From the NCBI GenBank assembly GCA_964455605.1, contig CAYVWW010000001.1, forward strand, positions 1 to 33,756: a stretch of 33,756 nt of DNA. Reading direction: 5' to 3'. This DNA is from an uncultured Actinomycetota bacterium. GTDB taxonomy: Bacteria; Actinomycetota; Humimicrobiia; Humimicrobiales; Humimicrobiaceae. Positions 1-7,959 of this stretch are shown here, piece after piece (position 1 is the first letter of the stretch; every line of letters begins with the position of its first letter). Made by a program: the position numbers and the translations under genes. Under the pieces are notes generated by a model that had not been told where the DNA came from, made no database searches, and was given only the letters and a program-made list of their open reading frames with translations.

Positions 1-356
1 TCTCCTCCAATAACTATATCACCTGGACAGACATACGACTCAACCAGTATCTGGTGGCATATTCCTTTTCCAACTTCACTGATTCTTGAACCCGTACCGG
101 ATGCAAAATCTCTTAATATATTATGTGAATGTGAAAGTTCTTTTCTCGGACTTGGCGCTGAATGGTCAATAAAAAAAATAGATTTTTCAGGTTTTTTTAC
201 ACTACTGAAACCCATTTTCTTAAACTGGCTCACCGCAAGAGGTCCTGTACCGTCCTGCGACATCACAACATCCACATCAACTACGGCAATCTCGCCTGCT
301 TTTAATTCCCTGCCAGCATGCTCACTTATAATTTTTTCCGATATCGTCTTATCCAA
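1..356 (-). CDS. Aconitase-family dehydratase large subunit (LeuC/HacA type, 3-isopropylmalate or homoaconitate dehydratase); N-terminal part only, continues beyond the window edge
   Basis: Not in the ORF track because it is open at the window edge. My minus-strand translation from TTG at 356-354 reads (M)DKTISEKIISEHAGRELKAGEIAVVDVDVVMSQDGTGPLAVSQFKKMGF..IFFIDHSAPSP..GKGICHQILVESYVCPGDIVIGG. This matches typical LeuC/HacA N-termini. A GGAGG RBS sits at 365-361, and the gene lies 14 nt downstream of the preceding stop. Confidence 0.8.
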   Translation of the reverse strand, partial: MDKTISEKIISEHAGRELKAGEIAVVDVDVVMSQDGTGPLAVSQFKKMGFSSVKKPEKSIFFIDHSAPSPRKELSHSHNILRDFASGTGSRISEVGKGICHQILVESYVCPGDIVIGG

Positions 357-369
357 AAATCCTCCTACC

Positions 370-1551
370 TTACTCAGTATCCGCATCTTCCAGTTTCTTT
401 TTTTTATTCTTATTCTTTTTTACATAATCGTTATATATATACATCAGTTCCTTATCAAAAAGAGGCCTTTTCAAATCTATGGACATTTCCCTCGACATCG
501 CAAGTAAATCAGCTGCCTCCTTATCAGTAAGGTCTATGTTGAACTCTCTAAATTTATGAAGAATGGTATGGGATCCCGAGTGCTTACCTACGACAAGCTG
601 TCTTGTCAAACCAACTTCCTTGGGATTAAATACCTCATAATTTTTCGGATTTTTTATAACACCATCCGCATGTATCCCCGATTCATGAGCGAATACATTT
701 GTCCCGACGATCGCCTTCCATATAGGGATTGCACGCGATGAGGACCTTGCGACATATTCCGCAATTTCCCTGAACTTTGATGTATCGATACCGAGTTCTA
801 TATTTTCAAGGTATTTCAAAGCCATCACAATTTCCTCCATAGCAGCATTACCGGTGCCTTCCCCAAGTCCCCCCACGCTGGCTACCAGACTTGAAGCGCC
901 GCCTCTTATACCCGCCATCCCATTGGCGGTTGCCATACCAAAGTCATTATGATTGTAAACCTCAATGGGAATACTCACGGCACTTGTTATCGTACTTATA
1001 AGCAAAAAAGTCCTGAAAGGATCAAGCCGGCTCACCGTATCACAAATTCTAAACCTGTACGCACCCTTTTTTTCCGAAATAGATATTAACTTTAACAGGA
1101 ACTCAAGATCAGTACGCGTGGCATCCTCTGTACTTATTATGAAATTAAGCCCATTTTTCCGGGCAGTCTTTATAGCCTGCCTTAATTTGTCTACGACCCA
1201 TGTCCTGTTTTTCTTATATTTTTCCTTAATGTGAATATCAGAAGTAGAAATATTTATAACCACATTCTTCGCTCCACATTCTGCCGCATAATCAAGATGC
1301 CCCGGTTCCGCTTCGCAATAAACAAAAAGCTTTGCACCGAAATCTTCACTCAGCACATCCTTGATTGTCTCCCTCTCAAAAGATCCAAGGGCAGGCGTAC
1401 CTATCTCGATTTCAGGTATGCCTATTTCAGCAAGCATCCCTGTTATCCTTATTTTTTCATGTTTTGAAAAAACCACGCCTGCGGTTTGTTCTCCGTTTCT
1501 AAGGGTGGTATCTATAATATTTACATATTTTTCACTTTTAGCTATTGCCAT
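370..1551 (-). CDS. Homocitrate / 2-isopropylmalate / citramalate synthase family protein (DRE-TIM, HMGL-like; no LeuA regulatory domain); paralog with degenerate metal-site motifs
   Basis: 393 aa. Carries FAHESGIHADG, GKHSG and HNDFGMATAN. The barrel motifs are altered: DTTLRNGEQ (Asn for Asp), EVYNHND (Tyr for the first His of HxH) and GLGEGTGN. The ATG overlaps the upstream stop as TAATG. Confidence 0.85.
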   Translation of the reverse strand: MAIAKSEKYVNIIDTTLRNGEQTAGVVFSKHEKIRITGMLAEIGIPEIEIGTPALGSFERETIKDVLSEDFGAKLFVYCEAEPGHLDYAAECGAKNVVINISTSDIHIKEKYKKNRTWVVDKLRQAIKTARKNGLNFIISTEDATRTDLEFLLKLISISEKKGAYRFRICDTVSRLDPFRTFLLISTITSAVSIPIEVYNHNDFGMATANGMAGIRGGASSLVASVGGLGEGTGNAAMEEIVMALKYLENIELGIDTSKFREIAEYVARSSSRAIPIWKAIVGTNVFAHESGIHADGVIKNPKNYEVFNPKEVGLTRQLVVGKHSGSHTILHKFREFNIDLTDKEAADLLAMSREMSIDLKRPLFDKELMYIYNDYVKKNKNKKKKLEDADTE

Positions 1552-2765
1552 TATTTACCTCCCTTTTTGGCCGTAGTCTTTGCGACCTTTTTATTTTTAT
1601 ACGACTTATAGGTCTCAATTATTTCACTATCAAAAAGAGCTCTCTTGAGAGACACCGACTTATTCCTAACTATTTCTGCAAGTTCTTCGGCATCGTTTCT
1701 ACTTATTTTTATACCAAGTGAATCTAATTTATAGATTACTGTGTTTACTCCCGAGTATTTCCCGAGTATTATTTTTCTTTCCAGACCAACATCCTTGTCG
1801 CTGAACAATTCATAGGTCTCAGGATTTGCAAGAACACCGGAAGCTTTGCTTTCTGACTCATAAACAAATAAATTGCCTCCAACAATAGGTTTCCAGGTAG
1901 GAAGTACCCTGTTTGAAGCTCCTGCAACATATTCGGACAGCGACCTTAAATATTTAGTATCAAATCCCATATCAATGCCTTCAATATATTTTAAAGCCAT
2001 AATAAACTCTTCAAAAGCAGCATTTCCCGCTCTCTCTCCAAGACCGTTTACCGTCGTATTAACATAGGTCGCGCCTGCCTTAATACCTGCTATCGCATTT
2101 GCAATAGCCATACCGAAATCATTATGTGTGTGCATCTCAATATCTATCCCTATTATATCTATTATCGTCTTCACCCTTATGAAAGTCTCGAAAGGATCAA
2201 GAAGACCAAGAGTATCGCAATATCTCAATCTGTCTGCACCGGCGTCCCTAGCAGTCCTTGCAAAGGACAGAAGAAACTCCATATCCGAGCGCGAAGAATC
2301 CTCTGCATTAACCGAGACATAAAGATTATATCCTTTTGCATAATCAACACATTCCCGGACGCTTTCCAGCACCCACTCCCTGCTTTTCTTGAGTTTTTGT
2401 TCGATATGTATATCGGAAGAAGATATGGAAATAGCTACCGCATCAACACCGCACTCAACTGAAGCATCTATATCTGACTTAACAGCCCTGTTCCAGCCAA
2501 GTATGCTGCAGCCAAGACCGAGCGAAGCAATTTTTTTAATTGCTTCCTTCTCTTCTCCCCCCATCGTAGGTATACCAGCTTCTATCTGATGAACCCCTAT
2601 CTTATCGAGCATTTTTGCTATCTGTATTTTTTCTTCATTGGCAAATACAACTCCCGCAGTCTGCTCCCCATCTCTTAAAGTAGTGTCGTCTATCTTTATG
2701 TCTTTTGGATTGATTTTTGTACCCGCCTTCTGAGAAAATTCAGTGAATAAGTCTATTCCTTTCAT
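1551..2765 (-). CDS. Homocitrate / 2-isopropylmalate / citramalate synthase family protein (DRE-TIM, HMGL-like); paralog with intact barrel motifs but a degenerate GIHxD loop
   Basis: Carries DTTLRDGEQ, EMHTHNDFGMAIAN and TVNGLGERAGNAA. Where the family consensus has HESGIHxDG and GKHSG, this protein has FVYESESKASG and GKYSG. The ORF track starts at GTG 2774. I prefer ATG 2765 (MKGIDLF) because AGGTGA lies 5 nt upstream of it. Confidence 0.85.
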   Translation of the reverse strand: MKGIDLFTEFSQKAGTKINPKDIKIDDTTLRDGEQTAGVVFANEEKIQIAKMLDKIGVHQIEAGIPTMGGEEKEAIKKIASLGLGCSILGWNRAVKSDIDASVECGVDAVAISISSSDIHIEQKLKKSREWVLESVRECVDYAKGYNLYVSVNAEDSSRSDMEFLLSFARTARDAGADRLRYCDTLGLLDPFETFIRVKTIIDIIGIDIEMHTHNDFGMAIANAIAGIKAGATYVNTTVNGLGERAGNAAFEEFIMALKYIEGIDMGFDTKYLRSLSEYVAGASNRVLPTWKPIVGGNLFVYESESKASGVLANPETYELFSDKDVGLERKIILGKYSGVNTVIYKLDSLGIKISRNDAEELAEIVRNKSVSLKRALFDSEIIETYKSYKNKKVAKTTAKKGGK

Positions 2766-2962
2766 AACTGTCACCTCTTGACACCAATAAATATTTAAAA
2801 AGTTTAAAAAATTTATGAAAAACCATAAATTTTTATAATTTTCGTTACAATTATAACATTTTTTTAAAAAACATTATAATTTTTGCAAAAAATTTTGATA
2901 ATTTATAAAAATACCTTATTTTTTATATTTTTTTCCTTATTTTACTTAAAAAAAGCAGTAAT

Positions 2963-4213
2963 TTAAGAACTCTCACTACTCTTTTTGAATCTTAAAAATA
3001 AAAGCATAACGGATGCAACCATAGAAATTGCAGCTCCTGTCAGGAACGCCGCCCTGAAATTATATGCATTCCAAATAAACCCAAATACCACGGAAGCAGG
3101 AAGAGCTGCAATACCTATAGACAGATTATAAAATCCATAGGCGGTACCAAAACTTTTTTCAGGCACGATATCAGCTATAAGGGCTCTTTCGGCCCCTTCT
3201 GTCAGCCCGAAATATAATCCATAAACTACAAATAAAATATAAATAAGATAATCTTTATTTACATATGCAAAACCAAGATATGTAAGGAAATAAACAAACC
3301 AGCCCGATAAAATCATTATTTTTCTCCCTATTTTATCGGACATATAACCTCCCAGAGTGCCAAAAATGGCTTTGGATATATGCAAAATAGCCCATAAAAG
3401 GGGGATAACTGTTATCTCTATACCGAATTCCGACGCTCTTAGAAGTAAAAAAGCATCAGTTGAATTCCCAAGGGTAAAAATTATAATAATTACAATAAAT
3501 AGAGTAAACCTTTTACCAAGTTTCTTAAAATCAGAAAATTTTATCATTCCTGTTTTAGCATTTTCTTTTATAACAGGACTACCTTCCCCTATTTTACTCT
3601 TGATTTCAGCTGCATTCCTTTTGCTTTTTATCCCGAATATAACAAGCAGCACAGCAATAGCACCAGGCACTAGAGAAAGTAAAAAAACATTCCTGATGTC
3701 CACCGTAAAAAAATAAATAAGGATACTCGCAATAACCGAACCGAGCACTGCCCCGCTGTGGTCCATAGCACGCTGGAACCCGAAAGCAAAACCTCTTCTA
3801 CCTGCAGGCGAGTACCCCGCTATCATAGCATCCCTCGGAGATGTCCTTATGCCCTTACCTACCCTGTCAGAGAATCTCAAGAAAAGCAGCATGCCCCATG
3901 AGTTTATAAACCCGATAAGTGGTCTTAAAAGATTCGATAAGGCGTATCCTCCTACCACGAAGGGTTTTCTCTTATTAATTTTATCAGAAAAGTATCCTGC
4001 AAATAGCTTTAGAATGCTACTCGTACTTTCAGCAATTCCTTCAAGTACGCCAAGAAATGCAGAGCCTAACCCAAGGACCGATTTAATAAACGAGGGAATC
4101 AGGGGATATATCATTTCCGATGATATGTCGTTGAAGAGACTTACCGCTCCAAGGATATATACATTTTTAAACTGGCCATTACTTCTTTTATTTTTCTTTT
4201 TAGCACTGATCAA
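2963..4213 (-). CDS. MFS-type transporter
   Basis: 416 aa and multi-pass hydrophobic, about 12 TM by eye. Has an MFS motif-A-like loop (FSDRVGKGIRTSPRDA) and an N-terminal FNDISSEMIYPLIP segment. Apparent TTG start. Confidence 0.75.
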   Translation of the reverse strand: MISAKKKNKRSNGQFKNVYILGAVSLFNDISSEMIYPLIPSFIKSVLGLGSAFLGVLEGIAESTSSILKLFAGYFSDKINKRKPFVVGGYALSNLLRPLIGFINSWGMLLFLRFSDRVGKGIRTSPRDAMIAGYSPAGRRGFAFGFQRAMDHSGAVLGSVIASILIYFFTVDIRNVFLLSLVPGAIAVLLVIFGIKSKRNAAEIKSKIGEGSPVIKENAKTGMIKFSDFKKLGKRFTLFIVIIIIFTLGNSTDAFLLLRASEFGIEITVIPLLWAILHISKAIFGTLGGYMSDKIGRKIMILSGWFVYFLTYLGFAYVNKDYLIYILFVVYGLYFGLTEGAERALIADIVPEKSFGTAYGFYNLSIGIAALPASVVFGFIWNAYNFRAAFLTGAAISMVASVMLLFLRFKKSSESS

Positions 4214-4383
4214 ATTCTTTATTGCTTTTAAATTATTTTAACTGTTAATACAATATCCTTCTTTTTAGTAACTAATCCGGCCGGGAGAAACACCCACCTA
4301 TTTCAAAATTAATAAAAAAATTACCTTTCAATGCCTTTAACCGGATTTAACTATCCAGAAATATTTTTTTTCAAAATAATAAG

Positions 4384-4614
4384 TTAGCTGCTTCTCTTAA
4401 ATTCATAAATCAGTAAGATTAAAGAGATTAAAAAAACAACCAGAAGAGCTCCTCCAAGAATATAGATATTCTGTTCTGCCAGAAAGCCGATTACTTTATT
4501 TGATACCTTGGCCCATTCAAAGAGGTTCAAAAACTTGTTTACCGCAACCAGAATAGAAAGCGCAATTACTTTTAACAGTACTATAACAACTACGACACGA
4601 TTGAACTTATTCAT
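4384..4614 (-). CDS. Small hypothetical membrane protein (2 predicted TM helices)
   Basis: 76 aa ORF with two hydrophobic stretches. No family recognised. Confidence 0.45.
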   Translation of the reverse strand: MNKFNRVVVVIVLLKVIALSILVAVNKFLNLFEWAKVSNKVIGFLAEQNIYILGGALLVVFLISLILLIYEFKRSS

Positions 4615-4794
4615 AATTTACCTACCTTTTGTTTAAATTTAAATGATTTTATATGCTGTTTTAATTTTCCGTATCTAATATAATATATATATTATAATTT
4701 AAATTTAAACAATTATCATTTATACATATTATTCACACAATTACAATTTTTTTAAAGTAATATATATAAACTTACAATAAATAAGACAGTAGAT

Positions 4795-5655
4795 ATGAAA
4801 AGTTTTATTAACACAACCAGATTAATAGTCGTATTCTTATTCATTTTCATGTTACTCTTTGATTCCTATGGATGTAAAACAAACTACCCTTCCGAAACAA
4901 CACCGGCAGATTCATCAGAAACATCCGGAGAATCACATACGGATATAACAGATGCCGAAAAGGAAAACGAAGAAGAAAATCTTGAAGATGAAGACGCCGT
5001 AGAAGAAATTACTGAGGACGAAATAGAAAACGAAATTTTCGCTACATTAAATAATTTCTTACAATCGGTAAAAGAAAATAAAGAATATGGCTTTTTTGAT
5101 AGCTACACCAGAGAAATGGTTGGTAGCGAAGAAGAATATCTGAATGGTTTAAAATCAGATTTATACTATATCATAAAAGAATCGCATTCAGCCTGGAAGA
5201 AACTTGAATTTAAAGACCTCCTGCTTGTTGATGACAGGGCAATAATAACTGTTACAGGCGACAGGAGTGCTGAAGGAACGGAATACATTGATGAAGAGGT
5301 AAAATTTAAATTCATAAAAGAAGATGGAACCTGGAAGATTGATGCCTATTATCCACTGGATATATTCGTAACACCCCTGAGTCCTGAACCAGAGAGCGCT
5401 CTAAGTTCTTCCGAAATAGACATACTCGAGATTTCTATAAAAATAAAGTCTTTTTTCGCAATCAATTCTATAAATTTAGAACTTAACGATTTTGAAAAAA
5501 GCCTGGCGCCCGGAGAAGAAAATCCTTACGAACCCGAAATAAGTACTGACGTACCAAAAAACTATCTATCAGATGGCTTAAATGAAATACATATTTCTAT
5601 CAATACCGTAGCCCAGACCACTGAAGACTTTAGCTGGAAATTTACCCTGGAGTAA
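4795..5655 (+). CDS. Putative lipoprotein with an acidic linker and an NTF2-like (DUF4878-like) domain
   Basis: Signal peptide followed by Cys (LLFDSYGC). Asp/Glu-rich linker. The segment FKFIKEDGTWKID resembles small NTF2-like lipoproteins. Confidence 0.65.
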   Translation: MKSFINTTRLIVVFLFIFMLLFDSYGCKTNYPSETTPADSSETSGESHTDITDAEKENEEENLEDEDAVEEITEDEIENEIFATLNNFLQSVKENKEYGFFDSYTREMVGSEEEYLNGLKSDLYYIIKESHSAWKKLEFKDLLLVDDRAIITVTGDRSAEGTEYIDEEVKFKFIKEDGTWKIDAYYPLDIFVTPLSPEPESALSSSEIDILEISIKIKSFFAINSINLELNDFEKSLAPGEENPYEPEISTDVPKNYLSDGLNEIHISINTVAQTTEDFSWKFTLE

Positions 5656-5811
5656 ACGCTACAATCCGCCCCTATTTTTTTCATAGCTTTTTATCATATA
5701 AAATATATAATTGTTATCTAATTGTCCGCGCGTGTAAAAACAGTTAAGACAATAAGCGCGGATATATATTTGTTTAAAGTTTTAATGAATATAAAATACC
5801 GGAATAATAAA

Positions 5812-6246
5812 ATGTTTTTTGTAAAAAATTATAAACGTAAAAAAAGCCGTTTCCGTAGCGTAATCGACCCGGAAACAAATGTCGATGGTACGATTTATTC
5901 TCCAGGATCAATTAAAATTGAAGGTGGAGCAACAGGAGAAATCATATCCAGGAAAGAAGTCGTAATCGGTCAGAATGGAAAAGTAAGAGCAAACATAAAA
6001 GCAAAAAATATAATAATAGATGGCAATTTCGTCGGTAACATTATTCTGCTCGGGGAAGCCAGAATAACTTCTACAGGGAAACTATTCGGCAATTTGATTC
6101 AAAGATATACCTCCCTGAGTATAGAGCCAGGAGGACTTTTTAGGGGTAAAAACATTCTCACAGATAATAAAGAAATATTTAACATAAATGATAAAAAAAT
6201 AGTTTCCAATATCAAAATTAAACCAAGAAAAATATTTGAATATTAG
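5812..6246 (+). CDS. Bactofilin (polymer-forming cytoskeletal protein, DUF583 family)
   Basis: Beta-helix repeat pattern GSIKIEGGATGEIISRKEVVIGQNGKVRANIKAKNIIIDGNFVGNI..ARITSTGKLFGNL. The ORF track begins at TTG 5722. I prefer ATG 5812 (MFFVKNYKRKKSRF), which gives a bactofilin-like basic N-terminus. Confidence 0.8.
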   Translation: MFFVKNYKRKKSRFRSVIDPETNVDGTIYSPGSIKIEGGATGEIISRKEVVIGQNGKVRANIKAKNIIIDGNFVGNIILLGEARITSTGKLFGNLIQRYTSLSIEPGGLFRGKNILTDNKEIFNINDKKIVSNIKIKPRKIFEY

Positions 6247-6333
6247 ATACCCATTGATAGAAACCGCTAACTTTCAGAAATCCCGGTATATAAAATAATA
6301 AGTATGCTTCAGTATATCTTGCTATTCCAGAAC

Positions 6334-6834
6334 CTATAATTTCATATTATCTTCTATGTCACCAAGCTGAAATTCTCCCGTATCATTCTCCCTGGGTATC
6401 TCTACTTCTTCAACGGCTTCTTCTTTTGATTTTACCTTCTTCTTATCCTTTCCTGCTTCCTGCGTTATTCTTGTAACCTTACCGCTAAAAATACCTCCTT
6501 CTTTTATAACCAGCGAATCTGTTTTTATATTGCCATCAACCACACCTGTTTCCGTAATTTCAACTTTACCCGTACCTTTTAGATTCCCCTCGAATTTACC
6601 GATAATCCTGGCATCGATAGTTGTAACATCTGCGCTTACGGATCCTTCTTTCTGGATCACTATCTGACCGTCTACTTTCAGCTCTCCTATTACCTCGCAA
6701 CCAACCTCTATTGATTGAGAAATATCAAACTTGCCTTCTACCCTTGCTTTATTACCTACGATAGTCAGTAATGTTCTTGGCTCTTCACCTTCCGTAATTC
6801 CTTTCTCGCCTGCATCCCTGCCTGAAAAAACCAT
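6334..6834 (-). CDS. Bactofilin (polymer-forming cytoskeletal protein, DUF583 family) with an acidic/basic C-terminal tail
   Basis: IVGNKARVEGKFDISQSIEVGCEVIGELKVDGQIVIQKEGSVSADVTT..ARIIGKFEGNLKGTGKVEITETGVVDGNIKTDSLVIKEGGIFSGKV. An AAGGAGGGAGC RBS precedes the ATG. The start lies 31 nt downstream of the ParA-like gene. Confidence 0.85.
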   Translation of the reverse strand: MVFSGRDAGEKGITEGEEPRTLLTIVGNKARVEGKFDISQSIEVGCEVIGELKVDGQIVIQKEGSVSADVTTIDARIIGKFEGNLKGTGKVEITETGVVDGNIKTDSLVIKEGGIFSGKVTRITQEAGKDKKKVKSKEEAVEEVEIPRENDTGEFQLGDIEDNMKL

Positions 6835-6865
6835 GCTCCCTCCTTATTTTCTATAAAATATTTTA

Positions 6866-7717
6866 TTAGCTAAAGCCGTTTATTGCTTTTTCAACCTTCG
6901 AAAATAAATTTATAATATCCCTTGACGCCTCAGTATTCGGAAATGATATAAAAACAGGTTCTTTGTTAAGAGAAATTGACTTTTGATAATCCACAAGATA
7001 TCTTATTCTTTGATCAAATATAGTCAATTTTTTCCCATAACTATTGTAAAGCTCTTCTATCATTTGCTCCGGGAGTTTACTTCTCTTTTCAAACGCATTG
7101 ATTATGATACCGGCAATTCTTACATTAACTTTATATTTTTTCTCAAGATTCTCGACTATTTTCCTTAAATAGTCTATATCCAGTATGGAGAACATCTCGG
7201 GCTTTATAACCGCAATAATATTCTGCGCATAAATAATCGATGTAACAGAAAGAAGCGAAAAATTAGGCTGGGAATCTATCACCACGTAATCATAATTATT
7301 TTTACTAATATTTGTGTCCAGTATCTTTCTTATCAGCATATTCCTGTAAAATGCCCTGTAAACTTTTTGCTCACTTAAAGACCTCTGTAATAAATAATCC
7401 GTAAGGAATTCCTCTACAAGCGAAATATTGTTAGAAGAAGGTAGCAAATCGATATTGCTGTTAATTTTTGTAGTATAATCCTTAAGATTTATATTCTTGC
7501 CCTTCAGATAGTCAATCATGAGATTGTCCATATTCTTTTTATCTTCAGCCATTTCAGCAACCTGTATGCCAAACGCCTGGGCAAGATTAGTCTGAGGGTC
7601 AAAATCCATGAAAAGCACTCTTTTATTTTTTTTGCTGGCAAGATACCAGCCAAAATTATAGCAGATAGTTGTTTTTCCTGTTCCACCCTTGGTATTAAAA
7701 AAAACAATCTTTTCCAT
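6866..7717 (-). CDS. ParA/MinD-family P-loop ATPase (deviant Walker A), orphan (no ParB adjacent)
   Basis: IVFFNTKGGTGKTT contains the deviant Walker A with signature Lys. FMDFDPQTNL and YVVIDSQP are Walker B-like. 283 aa. Confidence 0.85.
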   Translation of the reverse strand: MEKIVFFNTKGGTGKTTICYNFGWYLASKKNKRVLFMDFDPQTNLAQAFGIQVAEMAEDKKNMDNLMIDYLKGKNINLKDYTTKINSNIDLLPSSNNISLVEEFLTDYLLQRSLSEQKVYRAFYRNMLIRKILDTNISKNNYDYVVIDSQPNFSLLSVTSIIYAQNIIAVIKPEMFSILDIDYLRKIVENLEKKYKVNVRIAGIIINAFEKRSKLPEQMIEELYNSYGKKLTIFDQRIRYLVDYQKSISLNKEPVFISFPNTEASRDIINLFSKVEKAINGFS

Positions 7718-7794
7718 TTAAGCCACTCTAATTTATTATAAAACGAGATATAAATTACTTATGTATGAGAAACTGTTAGAAAAATCTGCCATAT

Positions 7795-7812
7795 CTTTTA
7801 ATCGATTAAAAG
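7795..7812. promoter_or_regulatory. Perfect 18-bp palindrome CTTTTAATCGATTAAAAG upstream of the ParA-like gene (candidate operator or 5' UTR hairpin)
   Basis: Self-complementary on direct reading. It lies about 80-95 nt upstream of the start at 7717 and downstream of a TATAAT on the minus strand near 7847-7852. Confidence 0.25.
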
Positions 7813-7959
7813 CACCAGATGCAACAATTTTTTATATTTATTACATTATAGTAATGTTTCAGTTTAAATAAAAGAATTAATATGCATTTATCAAAATAAC
7901 GCTATAGAATACAGAACTAATTATAAAAAATTCCTGATTCACACCTTTTTATTAAAAAA

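Noticed and set aside
2775-2962. T-box leader or Leu-rich leader-peptide attenuator upstream of the synthase operon.
   Set aside because: I found no T-box sequence (GGTGGTACCGCG-like) and no short Leu/Ile/Lys-rich leader ORF. Only the AT-only inverted repeat is present, and it is reported separately at low interest.
4632-4709. Two copies of TTTAAATTTAAA (4632-4643 and 4698-4709) in the divergent promoter region between 4384-4614 and 4795-5655.
   Set aside because: This is a 12-mer of pure A/T in a region that is nearly all A/T, so chance recurrence is likely.
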